Assembly (NCBI RefSeq): GCF_006345805.1
Contig: NC_043021.1
Location: 27,900,001 to 27,964,000, forward strand
Length of the DNA stretch: 64,000 nucleotides
Direction of reading: 5' to 3'
Source: Octopus sinensis
Lineage: Eukaryota
Shown: positions 42,169 to 54,750 of the stretch, one piece after another
How the letters are laid out: each line of letters starts with the position of its first letter
Position numbering within the stretch: the first letter of the stretch is position 1
Notes under the pieces: model-generated
Seen by the model: the letters and a program-made list of their open reading frames with translations, nothing else
What the model was told of the DNA's origin: nothing
The model's database searches: none
Position numbers and translations under genes: made by a program

Positions 42169-45049
42169 ATGTCGGATCCTAGGTCCTACCTCCTCACTCT
42201 CCTTCACCGTTTGAAGGATCATCTACGTTCGCTTCCTGTATATTGCCTCTCTCTACTTCTTTTTAAAAAAACCCGCTTCTCTAGCCATGTCGCTTTCCTA
42301 AGCCGCTGCCTACATCACCGACTCATCCCTAAAGGTTTCCGCCTCCACTTCCACCCTGCTCTCCACTCGGATTCTTCCATCTTACCCATACTCCGCACCA
42401 CATCTTACCGCCTTATGCGGGCCACCATTCGCTCCAATCTCTCCAAACTACATGCCATCAACCGCCTTCTTCCTCCTGCTTTCTCCACCTTCTTCTCCTC
42501 TCTGCCGCCTCTCTATGCTCCAAACACGCTACGCTTCATTATCCATTTGAATCAACTATTCCATCAATTTCTTTCTGATACCAAACTTCGTAAACTCCAA
42601 TCACTCTCCATTCCACCCTACCCGACTCCACTACCCCAACTCCTCCACCACCCTTCTCCCCTCCCGATAGGCTCCATCCACCCACACCTAACCCCACTGC
42701 CCCTCCCTTACAACCCTTCTCCCCTCCCGTTAGGCTCCATCCACCTACACCTAACCCTACTGCCCCGCCCAACCACCCCCCAAACCCTCTCCAATCCCTC
42801 CCCTCAGACCTCCACGAGACCTACCACCCCTCCTACTTCTATTCCATCCACCCCTTCTCCACTTCGTCTGTTGTTACCATTCCCCCGATCTTCCCTCTCT
42901 GCGGCTGAACGCTCCGTCCTTAGTAGGGGTCTGCGTTTCATCCACCTCACTCCATCCTGTAAGGAATTCCAGACGCGAGTTGATGTCCACAGCTTTGTGC
43001 GCCGTGTCCGGTTGGGTGCGCATTACCACGACTCGCCACCCACACCCATGAAGAGGACGACTGCTTCACTGGCCTGGGCCGCCGACCATCCCCGTGGACG
43101 CCTGCCCCTGGCCAGATCCTAGCAGTGGATCTTTTCGCGGGCGCTTGTCAGCGTGCATTGGAGCGGTTCAACTTCTCCAGGCGCCAACGCCGCCTCAACA
43201 TCTCCCCGGCTGAGCTCTGGGTCTTCGTTCCCTCCAACGGCGCGCTGCTGACATTATCATCAAACCGGCTGACAAGGGTGGAGCTGTAGTGGTGTGGCGC
43301 GCGGACCTCTATAGGGCCGAGGCTTTCCGCAAACTCAATGACACCTCCTTCTATTCCCCTCTGCCCCTAAACCCACAACGTAGCTACAAACAGACGGTAT
43401 CCTCTACTGTCCAAGACCTCATCTCGTCCTCCCGTCTCCCCCGCACCGCATCCAACCTAATTGTGCGAACCCCACGTACCCCCACCATTACTTCCTCCCC
43501 AAAATCACAAACCACAACAAACCTGGCCGCCCCATCGTCTCCGCCTGTAACTGCCCCACGGAGCTCATCTCTAAATACCTCGACCGTGTCCTTGCCCCCC
43601 TAGTGGCATCTCTTCCCTCCCACATCCACGATACCAACCATGCTCTCCGGCTTTTCCACTCTTTCTCCTTTCCTCCCGGCTCCTCCAAAATCTTTTTACT
43701 ATGGACATCCAAGCCTCTATACTGTTATCCCTCACCACGAAGGACTGCAGGCCCTTCGACACTTTCTTGACCTCCGCTCTAACCCTGTACCTAACCTCCA
43801 CACTCATTCGTCTGGCCGAACTGTCCTTACTCTGAACTGCTTCTCGTTCGCGGGCGAGTTCTACCATCAGGTCTCGGGAGTGGCCATGGGAACGCGAATG
43901 GGCCCCAAAACTATGCGAACCTGTTCGTTGGCTTGTTGAGGCCCAAATATTCTCTAATTTCACTGGTCCCACTCCTGAACTATATGGTCGTTATATTGAC
44001 GACATTATCGGTGCCACCTCACTCTCCCGCGAACATCTAGATTCCTTCCTCTCTTTCGTCCAATCTTTCCATCCAGCCCTCCACTTCACTTCCACTATCC
44101 CCAACACCTCTGTCTCCTTCCTCGACATTTCGGTTAGCATTCTTCACTCCACTCTTACCACCTCCATTCACTACAAACACACAGACTCACACTCATACCT
44201 CAACTTCTCTTCCTCCCACCCAGAACACACCAAGCTTTCCATCCCCTATTCCCATTCCTCCGTCTACGTAGGCTCTGTAGTGACGACCATGACTTTGAGA
44301 CTCAGTCTCAACGTATGGCTCACCACTTCACCCTACGTGGATACCCCCTCACCACTATCCACACCGCCTTGCCAGAGCACGGTCCGTGGACGTGTATCTG
44401 CTCTCTCTCCCCGAACCCGCCCTGTAGTCTCCCGCCTCCTTTTCCCGTCACTTACACCCACGACCCTACCTCTCCAACGCACCATTCTTCGAGCTTTCCG
44501 TCATCTCCAGTCCGACCCGTCCACCTTCACACCTCTTCCCTAACCGACCCTCCCCCTCTTTCAAACGAGCCCACAACCTTCGAGACCTTTTGGTCCATAG
44601 CTCCTTCCCTGACCCTACCTCCAAACCGGCTCGTTCCCCTGCTCCCGCCCACGTTGCCGCACTTGCCCTTACCTCTCCAACACACCACCCGCCTCACTAG
44701 CACCCACCATCGACCCTATCCCATCATCCACTCCTTCACCTGCACCTCCAGCAATATTATCTATTGCATCTCTTGCTCTCTCTGCAATTCCTTGTACATC
44801 GGACAAACGGGACGCCGCTTGGCTGACCGGTTCGCGGAACACCTTCGTGACATCCACCTTGCGAACGACACACCGGTCTCACGCCATTTCCGCTCCACGG
44901 GTCACTCCTTGCAACACCTATCTGTGTTCGGTTTGTCCTTACACAGAGGCCATCCGGATTCCCGTTTGCGACGTGAACAGGAATTAATCTTCTCTCTTCG
45001 CTCTTATACGCCATTGGTCTCAACTCTCCCCCCCCCTCACTTCATCTAA
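42169..45049 (+). pseudogene. PLE polyprotein (RT and C-terminal GIY-YIG endonuclease), frameshifted
   Basis: FLSRC..LIPKGFRL, E..VLSRGL.F, IIKPADKGGAVV, PGRPIVS, DI.SLYT.IPH, VSGVAMGTRMGP, RYIDD, YK.TDSH.YL, CSRPRCRTC, NIIYCISC..C..LYIGQTGR.L..RF.EH and PVSRHF. Confidence 0.93.
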
Positions 45050-46223
45050 CCTCAACCCCCCTCCTCACCTATCCTTTCTCCCCCGACCCCTACTTCTTCA
45101 GTCCTTCATCCTTTCACCCCTACTCCCCTTCACTTCTTCCCTCTTTCCCCTCCCTCTTCCCTTCCCTCTGCTCCCTCACTCCCTCTCTCCCTTCTCTCTC
45201 CCCCGCTCCCTCTTTCCTCCTTCATCCCCCTCATCCCTTCCTTCTCCCCCATCCTCTCCTCTCCCCTCTTCTCCTCCCCCTCTTCTTCCCCTCCCCTTCT
45301 CTCCCCCCTCTTCTCCCCCTCCCCCTCTTCTCCCCCTCCCCCTCTTCTCCTCACTACACCACATGACTTTACACATCAACATCACATATGATGTGCCATA
45401 CTAATACACACACCAACTAATACATACTAATACGTACTAATACTTACACCAACCCTATACATACACACGTCCAGACCCCGCATACGCACTTATACTCTCT
45501 CACAGACACACACACACACCTATACATACCAATACGTACTAATACATACTAATACATACTAATACATACACCAACCCCATACATACGCACGTCCAGACCA
45601 ATCTTACGCACTAATACTCTCTCATACACACACACACCCTTATACATACTAATACATACACCAACCCTATACATACACACATCCAGACCCCTCCCACGCA
45701 CTTTTAGCTGGTCCCTCAACCCATTTATCAACCCTATTATCTCCCCTTATTTCGCTCTCGCGTCTCATGTTTGATCTTGACCTCTGGCCGAAATCAGATC
45801 GCCATGTTGATTCGTTAGCTACTGCACGCATTTTTTTTCTCCTTCTTTCTGTGTTTTTCTCTCTCTGTGTATCTTTCTGTTGAAGAGCGTAGGCTCGAAA
45901 CGTTAAAGACTTGTTTTATTATATTTCCTGAGCGCCATACTAATACAATTGTTCGTTTGTTTCCACCTGCCTTCGTCTTTTGTTTATTTCATAAAGCTTC
46001 CCGTTATATATATATATATATATATCTAATATAGGATAAAATTTTTCGAAAAAAATTCTATCCATGACCAGCATATTAAGAGATACCTTTAAAGGTTAAA
46101 TTTATAAACAACTTATAAACAAGAGCAAAAGAAAAAAAATTCTAGCGCCAAATATGCCGAAAATAGACAAATCGTCAATAACCATATAAATTATCACTAT
46201 AAGCGTCTCGAAAATCCCGTTAA

Positions 46224-46282
46224 TATCGTATCAGTCCCAATTTCAGAGTTAATTCATAAGAATTTTCTCCTCGTCAGCGATA
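46224..46282 (-). ncRNA. Type I hammerhead ribozyme with a canonical core
   Basis: On the minus strand: TATCG-CTGACGA-GGAG..CTCT-GAAA-TTG-GGAC-TGA-TA-CGATA. Confidence 0.7.
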
Positions 46283-46451
46283 AATACGGTAAGAAATAAA
46301 AGAAATACTTACTTATACCCATGGTAGAAGCAAACACTAAGTCATGAGCACGCTTAAATACGCCCAATATATCCAAAATAGAAGTTCTCCGTACTTGGCA
46401 TTAGAATTTTTTTTCTTTTGTCCTTCTTATAAGTTTGTTTATATATATATG

Positions 46452-46491
<40 letters not shown>

Positions 46492-47391
46492 TATATATAT
46501 ATATATATATAATATATAGTATATGTGTATCTGTACTACATGTATACGTATATATGACTGACGTAACATATGCATGTGCGTCTATGTATGTATATATATA
46601 TATATATTTGTGTATATATATATGTATATATGTATATACATGTGTGTATATGTATATGCATATGTATATATATGGACATATAATATCTTTCTCACTCTCT
46701 GTATACACACATATATACATACGTACATACAGACACATCCACAAAAACATACGCACATACACACATATACATGTATGTGTATGAGAAATTTTTATAGTTG
46801 TGATTATCCCACCTTCATATGTGGAGTTGGTGCCAATTGCCTGAAGGCGATCAGTCAATATATATTTGTAAGTTGAATGAATTTCAAAGACGCAAGAAAT
46901 TAGACGTTGTTCGAAACGCATTTATGTATTATTGTTATTGTTGTTGTTTTGTTCAATAGGTGCCACTTCCAACCCTGATTTATTTCCTGGTGTTCACATT
47001 TCTTTCTATTTTGCAAATTGTTAAAAGCCATAAATTTCCATTCTTCCTATTATGAGATTCGTTTATTTTTTTCATTACCTGATGAGACGATAAGTTTTGG
47101 AGAATCATTCGTTCTTGAGATCTTCTCTATTTTTCATTCCGAAAAGGTAACACCTTTTACTATGCGATTAGATGACCGAATACACGCATACCTATATACG
47201 CCTTTTATTGTGTTTATATATATATATATACATCCATACACACATATGTCTGCGCGTGACTGTATATATTGTATACAGTATGTATGTATGTGTGCGCATG
47301 TATATATATACGTTAATATATATATATATATATACATATGCATATATGCATATATGTATAGTGTGTGCATGATGATGATGATAATGTACGT

Positions 47392-47545
47392 GGGATGGTG
47401 TGTGGCAAGAAGCTTGCTTCCCTACCACATGATTCTGGGTTCACTCCCATTGCGTGACACCTTGGGCATACATCTAATATAACCTTGCACAGTCTAAAAC
47501 TTTGTGAGAGGAATGGCTTGTCGTAAACTCATATAAGACTGTCTA
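47392..47545 (+). mobile_element. SINE fragment (8250 family)
   Basis: GTGTGGCAAGAAGCTTGCTTCC..GGGTTCACTCCC..CCTTGGGC. Confidence 0.65.
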
Positions 47546-47585
47546 CTTTATTCTACTACTACTAGCCTGCTACTGTGTTGTTCGC

Positions 47586-47619
<34 letters not shown>

Positions 47620-47689
47620 ACAACACACTTGTCATCTTCGCACACCTTCTTTACCATTCCGTTTTTGATATAGCTCTCCTGTTTTTTAA

Positions 47690-47935
47690 AAACATTTTCT
47701 TCTACTCTGACCACTTCCGCCTTTTAGTATGTGACCTCGTCTGTATCACTAGCGATTTTTTCCCTCTGTCTTCCCTTCTCAGGACCTTTCCTTCTCCTAT
47801 GTTTCCGACGAAGAGCTCCGCTCGAAACGTCAAACCCTCCTTCTTCCCTTCTTTTCTGAGCGTCCAATAATACTTTATTTGTTCCACGTCCTTGCGTTGT
47901 TGTCTTTTTGTTTTCTTGCTTGGATTAACTATATA
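47690..47935 (+). mobile_element. Solo PLE pseudo-LTR of a related family, with a hammerhead variant at 47801-47835
   Basis: GTTT-CCGACGA-A-GAGC-TCC-GCTC-GAA-ACGT-C-AAAC, then CTGAGCG..TAATAC as in 41470-41495. Ends in (TA)n. Confidence 0.65.
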
Positions 47936-47944
47936 TATATGTAG

Positions 47945-48255
47945 TGGGGGTGCAATGGCCCAGAGGTTAGGGCAGCGGACTCCCGGTCGTAGTATCGCGA
48001 TTTCGATTCCCAGACCGGGCGATGTGTGTGTTTATTGAGCGAAAACACATATTAAAAGCTCCACGAACCTCCGGCAGGGGGTGTTGATCCCTGCTGTACT
48101 TCTTCACCACTCTTTCTCTCACTCTTTCTTCTGTTGGCCTGCTCGCTTAACCAGCGGGATGGCGTCATTCGAAGGCTAAAACAATGCGAACGCATTGTGA
48201 CCAGCGATGTGTAGCAACATCTGATGGTCTGGTCGGTCACGTGATCACGTGATAT
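47945..48255 (+). mobile_element. tRNA-derived SINE (5375 family)
   Basis: Collinear with 5375-5680. Confidence 0.8.
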
Positions 48256-48671
48256 ATATATATATATATAAATCTAAAACATGGAAGAAGAACGTAACAC
48301 TCGACAATAAAAACACACGGACAGATAGACGATACAAAGACGGATAAGGAAAAAAACAAGGACGGATCATTCGTGGCCTTCTAGTCATCAGTCAAATTTC
48401 CAAATTATCGCTACAGTTTCCGCCTGTTACACTTGACACCATTTAAAATTGGATGCCTCCCCCCCCCAATATCTAAGCTAAGAGCTCTTTGGAAGAAAGC
48501 ACGCGAATGAGTTCGACAACACAGACAAAAAAACGAGAAAACTGAGAAAATGTTAGACGATTACAACAGAAAAACAAGAGCCTCTCGACTAATTTGAGCT
48601 GGCGTATGGAGTGAAAGCCCGGATGTATGTATGTATGTATGTATGTATGTTTGTATGTGTGTGTGTATGTA

Positions 48672-48709
<38 letters not shown>

Positions 48710-49072
48710 TGTGGAGACTAATTATTCTTCTTTTAATGTTACATACTTTTTTGCCCACCAGACTTTCGAGGTTAATAAATGACTGGCCATTCGAGTAAGT
48801 AGTCTGTTTGAAATAGTCGCCAAAAACATTCCTGATACAATGTCTAACGTTGTCGCTATATTAGAAATACCTTTTTCTTCAATATTTATTCTTCCCTTTG
48901 TTTCTTTGTGTCAGCGCAGTCTCCGAGGACGATCATGAAATGAACTGACTTACACGGCTACTCTTATTCAAGATTAGTTTCAGTTTGAAGAACTCAAACA
49001 TGTTGTATGTAGATGACTTATATTGGTTTTCTCAAACGTTTATAATGCGTTTTGGATCAGTGAAGAAGGCTG

Positions 49073-49280
49073 ATATTGGTTTCAAATTTTGGCACAATGC
49101 CAGCATTCTAGGGGTGGGAGTAAATCGATTATACCGATCGTACTCATCAACTCCTACTTGTTTTATATCGACCGGGTAAGGATGGAAAACAAAGCCGACC
49201 TCGGCGAAAGTTGAACTCAGAACTTACAGATGGACGAAATGGCGCTATGCATTGATAACGGTTCTGCCCTATCTTCCGTT
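49073..49280 (-). mobile_element. SINE (9955 family)
   Basis: Reverse-complement match to the family motifs. Confidence 0.7.
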
Positions 49281-49524
49281 ACTAACTCATTGGTATCTAT
49301 ATTTAAAGAAAACTCTAACAAATAAATCATTATTCTTTAGCCCCATGTTTAGCTCCAAATGAAACCAATCATTTTTATATTCCTGTAGAGCATTTCTGGA
49401 ACTACGTAATCTAATTAAAACATTTCGTTAGAGTATCTTGTATTAGCACGACAATTTCATAGAATTAAAGAAGGCTAGGTATAAATAGCTAACCTATTAC
49501 TATCAATATATTATAACATACCAG

Positions 49525-49730
49525 TTGGCGAGCTGGGGGAATCGGTAGCACGTCGGCCGAATTACTTAGCGTCATTTCGTCCTACTGAGGGTTCTAAGTT
49601 CAAATTCCGCAAATGTCGATATTACCTTTCGTTGTCCAGAAAATAAGCACCGGATTAGTACTCGAGTCGATGTAATCAACTTACCCCCTACCCCGAAATT
49701 GCTGGCCTCCTGCCCAAAATTTGAAATCAC
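49525..49730 (+). mobile_element. SINE (9955 family)
   Basis: GGCGAGCTGG..TTCAAATTCCGC..GTCGATGTAATC..GAAATTGCTGGCC. Confidence 0.75.
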
Positions 49731-49951
49731 TAAATAATAGTATATAATATAGGATGGATCGGAAACATTTCAATAAATAAATGTTTCTAATTTATCTTTT
49801 ATTTTCATCACTTCTTTCCTAACATTAATGCGATGAATAGGTTTTATTACATTAACCGGTCCCTCGTGATTGCTTATCTATCTATCTCTTTACATACGCA
49901 CACACATACACACACACACACATGTATGTATTTATGAATGTGTGCCTATAC

Positions 49952-49990
<39 letters not shown>

Positions 49991-50484
49991 CATGAATGCA
50001 TGTATGTATATTTATATATACGTACATATGTGGATACATATGATCATATATATATATATTATATATATAATATATATAATATATACATTCATGTACATTT
50101 TAATATCAAGTTATCTATTAAAACAATCTGATATTAAACTGCAGGACTATTCAATGATTTTTAGTGGAGTACATTCATTAACACTTACTCAAAAAGTGTT
50201 AACATTGACTTATATATTTATATGTATGTATGTGTGTGTGTGTTTGTTTGTTTGTTTGTTCGTAAGTGCGCGTGAGCATGTAGATCGATCGAGTGTAGAT
50301 AAAATTAACGAAAAAGTAGTTTTATATTTAACTATTCTTGTTGTATTGGCGATTTGTCAAATTCAAAATTCCATTCTAATCTGTATATAACTGTTCCTGC
50401 CTATTATGTCTTGTAGTGAACGATGCAGCCTTCTGTTTTATTTTCATTGGTTGTCGTTGATATTCTGAAGTAAACTATAATACC

Positions 50485-50820
50485 TAACCTACCTGATTTC
50501 AAACAGTGGCAAACTTTTTGAGCGAAATTGACTGAAGTTTGAGTCACTGAAACTGGTGAATTGCATATTTGAGACATGCACTCTCCAAAATCACGTTGGC
50601 ATTCCGATTCTGAAGTAAAACTAGTTCTGGCCATCAAAAAGGTTTAGACGGATAGCAATGCACACAAAGAGAGACCGAAGAATACTGAAACGTACTGCGT
50701 CCAAAAGCCATCGAATTACTGCAGCAGAAGTGACTGTAGAGCTAAACCACAGCCTGTCCGATCTTGTGTCAGCTTAAACCGTTCACTGTGTGCGCCATAA
50801 ACTCGGCCCTCGTCACCGAA
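50485..50820 (+). pseudogene. Decayed Tc1-like transposase N-terminal DNA-binding region
   Basis: LPDFKQWQ..KTSS..RDRRILKRTASKSHRITAAEVTVELN..VS.*TV..HKLG, resembling the Tc1 paired-like HTH. Confidence 0.75.
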
Positions 50821-51688
50821 AGAGCTAGAACAGGTTTTACTCGACAAATGTCTTTAAACTCCTGTTATGTCGGCTCAGAAGATGTGCGACTATGAAATCT
50901 GTGTGTGATGCAATAGCTAAACCAACCGCATATCAAACAATACGCACACACAAACGCACTCATGCAAACACACACACGCACACACACACACACCCACCCA
51001 CACACACACACACAGAGGAAGGTGGAATGAATAAGCTTTTATCCAAATCACAACAATTGTTTCCGTGCATTGGCATGAGCTGTTCATTGCTTGGTGTTTC
51101 ACATATCATGCATGCTCTTATATAAACATAGAAATATGATTCAGCAATAGCAGTGTACTTGAACTTCATCAGGTGAGAGGCTGGATTGGATTATCTATCG
51201 TTTCCCATTGTTGTTTTTTTTTCTTACCTATATTCTGTATTCTTTATTCTTTTGACAAAGTGCAACACGTAGATTCGTATACACATAAGTGATGACGAAT
51301 GCCGAAATAGATTAATGGAAATAAAAATCAAAAATATAAATTACAAAACAAAAGTGTGTGTGTGTTGAAACAAAGATTGAAACTCTCTAGTGGCAGTTAG
51401 TTTAGTTCCTTACCAAAAGGGGAACTCATTTTATGAACACATATATTAAAATTTGTAATAATATGAATATATTTATTCCTAATATAATAAAGTATATGCA
51501 TACTTTTACTTTTTTTCCCAAGAGCTATTCGCCTTAAAAGTAATTATTATATTATACATAATTATATGAAATTGTTATATCTATAATACTATCAATATTA
51601 ATATCATAAAAATATATTTCCCATGTTGTAATGAAAGAAGAGTAACCACAGAATTAAAAATAATAGCATAATTCTAGTTTTTGTTCAT

Positions 51689-51754
<66 letters not shown>

Positions 51755-51852
51755 GATATATATATGTAGGTCCCGGGTTGATTCGGGGGGTTAACCACAG
51801 TAAATAAGGTACTCAATACATAGCAGAGTAAAATTAATTTATTATATAGAAG

Positions 51853-51953
51853 GAGCTTCTACAGGACTAGAACTGTTTCATTCAAGAGAAATCTTCAGGA
51901 AGCTTCCTGAAGATTTCTCTTGAATGAAAACAGTTCTAGTCCTGTAGAAGCTC
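51853..51953. repeat. About 100-bp loopless palindrome with hammerhead-like arms
   Basis: Centre AAGCTT (51900-51905). The arms read CTGAAGA-TTTC-TCTT-GAAT-GAAA(A)CAGTT outward and differ by one A. Confidence 0.9.
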
Positions 51954-51967
51954 TCTCTATAAATAAA

Positions 51968-52018
<51 letters not shown>

Positions 52019-52044
52019 TATATAATATATATATATATATATAA

Positions 52045-52835
52045 GCCCTGCGTAAGACCTTTGATAATTTTAACCTATCTATTATATTTGAAAATACTAA
52101 TAAAATACTTAATTCCTAGATGTTGCATTAGATTTGAAATTTTTATATCCTCCCTACCATAAACCTAATGAAAACCAAGAAATATATTAATATAAACTCA
52201 AATCAGCACAAATCTATTTTTAATAGCGTAATTAAAGGTATTTGGATCTCAGATTCTATTAGAATCTCAGATCAATCAGCAACAGGAAAAATGTTTAATA
52301 ACCATGCCACCTATTATAAGCAACCACTTGCAACTAGTGGCTTCTCAGAAAATCACATCCCTATCTAACACTAGAGTTAAGAAATAGCTCTCCCTAAATT
52401 GACATACCCCAGTAATAAGAATACACCATCCTGCCGCAGCGGATAGACATGCTCAACTCCTCCACTCCCCACATTAAGAACCATAAAGAGTGAAGAATGC
52501 GGTGTATTCGACCACCTTCCACGGACTCTTATCATACTTGTGCTAAGCACAACCCAATAAAGAAGATAGGATCTCCAACTCTAACTAGAAAAAATGATTA
52601 TGTATCCCCTAGATTGCCTAAAAAAAGAAGAAAGAGAACAATACTCTTATATACCCTGCCCCTTTCTTTAAACGTGAAGGGTTTAGCCAGGGTCTTTTTC
52701 GACATAACAGACTCCTACTTTCTCCGCCATCATAAATACCATTCTATCTTTACTAGATCCACCCTCAAATTATCCTAGTCCTCACCGCCTTATACTGAAT
52801 CCATCATAGCCTCATCAAACAAGCCCAAACTTAGT
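52045..52835 (+). pseudogene. Decayed Naiad-type PLE RT thumb and linker
   Basis: FLDVALDL..YHKPN..YININSN..RISDQS..YKQPLATSGF and RKRTI..P.S.NV..YF..HHKYHSIFTRSTLKLS, resembling RKRNIIWFNPP..HFP..KIFNRNT.K.SYS. Confidence 0.7.
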
Positions 52836-52979
52836 AGGTGTTACCAGGATAACAATTCTAAGGAGAGTAGTAAATATAGATATAATAATATTGATTATTA
52901 AAGAAGTAGCAATAATAATACTAACTCTAATAGCAGAAACGATAACAATAACCCTAATACTACCATTAACCATTTTTAC

Positions 52980-53192
52980 TCTACAAGGCCCGAAACTTTT
53001 GGGGAGTGGAGGTGGGAGACAGTCGAATAGATCGATCACAGTAGTACGCAACTGGTACTTAATTTATCGACCCCGAAAGGATGAAAGTCAAAGTCGACCT
53101 CGGCGGAATTTGAACTCAGAACGTAACGGCAGACGAAATACCGCTAAGCATTTCGCCCGGCGTTCCTAACGTTTCTGCCAGCTCCCTGCCTT
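52980..53192 (-). mobile_element. SINE (9955 family), well preserved
   Basis: Minus strand AAGGCAGGGAGCTGGCAGAAACG..GTTCAAATTCCGCCGAGGTCGAC..GGGGTCGATAAATTAAGTACC. Confidence 0.8.
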
Positions 53193-53925
53193 TAACGAGA
53201 ATTATATTGAGGAGAGTCTTATTACTTTGGCTAACAGCTGTCCTGATGAGAGTAATAGTTTCTTTAATAATACGAGCAGTGCCATTAACAATATCGATAA
53301 TACAATCAAAGACAGTGCTAGTAATAATGAAAATAATAATGAAAATAATACTATAGACACAAGAACTGAAATTTGGGGGAGGGGAATAATCGATTACATC
53401 GTCTCAAGTGTTTCACTGATACTTAACTATTTATCTACCTATCTTTCTCATACAGGAATGTACCCTTTATCTCTTCTCCTCCTTCTGTGTGGGCTGAATA
53501 CCCTTCGATATACTGAACAGTATATATCTATAATAATGCTCTTACCTATCTATCTTTTTTTTTCCTCACCAAATGAGTTATTTAGTCCTCCTCTTAGTAT
53601 TCACGGAGGACTGACAGCAGTCCTTCTTCCCCTGGACTGAATACTTCACAATTTACGGAACAATACACACCTATTGTCTTTTCTCTCTTTTCTCTCACCA
53701 AAATATATTTTTATTCCTCCTTTCAGTATTTGCACAACTTTGGATCAGTAAGCATTCATTTGCCCTCAATATGGAATGTTACATAATAAGTCTCCCCTTC
53801 GCACCATACTCTGCTACCGAACCATCATTTCGGATCTTGCATTTACCAAAAGAAGACGCGATCTAATCCCCTTTTTATATTAAATATATGTGTGGTGCTT
53901 GTGTGTGTGTGTGTGTGTGCGTGTG

Positions 53926-53968
<43 letters not shown>

Positions 53969-54275
53969 GTGTGTGTGTGCGTATGTGCGTGCGTGTGTGT
54001 ATGTGTGTGTGAGTGAGTGTATATTCATGTAGATATCTATACGAAGGGTTGCTGAAAAGATCTTGAATTTTGGATAAAAGAAAACAATTTGTGATTTTAT
54101 TCAACATATTCTCCTCTCAGATTCTCACTCTTATTGCAGCAATTCTTCAGGTTTTCTAAGCTATGTAAAACATCCAATGCAGTCGGTAAATATTGCTGTA
54201 AATAAAATGTATACATGTATGTAAAATCAAGGGGTGGGAGTAGAAAACACAAACACAAAGACACACATATTGGCT

Positions 54276-54312
<37 letters not shown>

Positions 54313-54329
54313 ACATACATGCCTACACA

Positions 54330-54480
54330 TTCACACACAAACATGTACACGCTTGGCTTTCGCACAGTTCCCGTCTACCAAATTGGTCGGTGCAGGCTTA
54401 TTCTAGGACACACTTGCCGAATGTACAGTGAAGTGGGACTAGATCCGAAATCACGTGGAACCTCAGACTGTAAGACGCAA
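54330..54480 (-). mobile_element. SINE fragment (8250 family)
   Basis: Minus-strand TTGGTAGACGGGAACTG and head remnants. Confidence 0.55.
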
Positions 54481-54532
54481 AATATAACGATATACATTTA
54501 GTTCAAAATTCTTATTATCTTATTACAAGCTA

Positions 54533-54750
54533 AGGCGGCCAACTTAACTGCATCGTTAGCAAACCGATTAAAATGATTAGCTGCATTTCACCCGTTTTTA
54601 TCTTCTTGGATTAAATTCTGCCGGGATCGACTTCAGCTTTTCATCCTTTCGGGTTCGATAAATCAAGTATCAGTTGCACACTGGCGTCGATATAATCGAC
54701 TTAGCCTCTTCCCCGAATTTGCTGGCCTGAAAACAAAAATTGAAACCTTC
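54533..54750 (+). mobile_element. SINE (9955 family)
   Basis: TAAGGCGGC..GATCGACTTCAGCTTTCATCCTTTCGGG..GTCGATATAATCGAC. Confidence 0.7.

Larger units (their letters stand above)
41060..46005 (+). mobile_element. Near-complete Penelope-like retroelement with direct pseudo-LTRs
   Basis: About 500-bp near-identical direct repeats (41060-41555 and about 45518-46005) flank an RT plus GIY-YIG ORF. The 3' end runs into (TA)n. Confidence 0.93.

Noticed and set aside
47077-47120. CTGATGA-GACGA..TCGTT (similar partial cores at 3545-3575, 48385, 53245, 55000 and 60275)
   Set aside because: The GAAA half of the core is missing or the stems do not close.
53227-53640. 137-aa ORF as a host gene
   Set aside because: Asn-rich low complexity running into a pyrimidine-rich internally repeated segment, with no recognisable domain.
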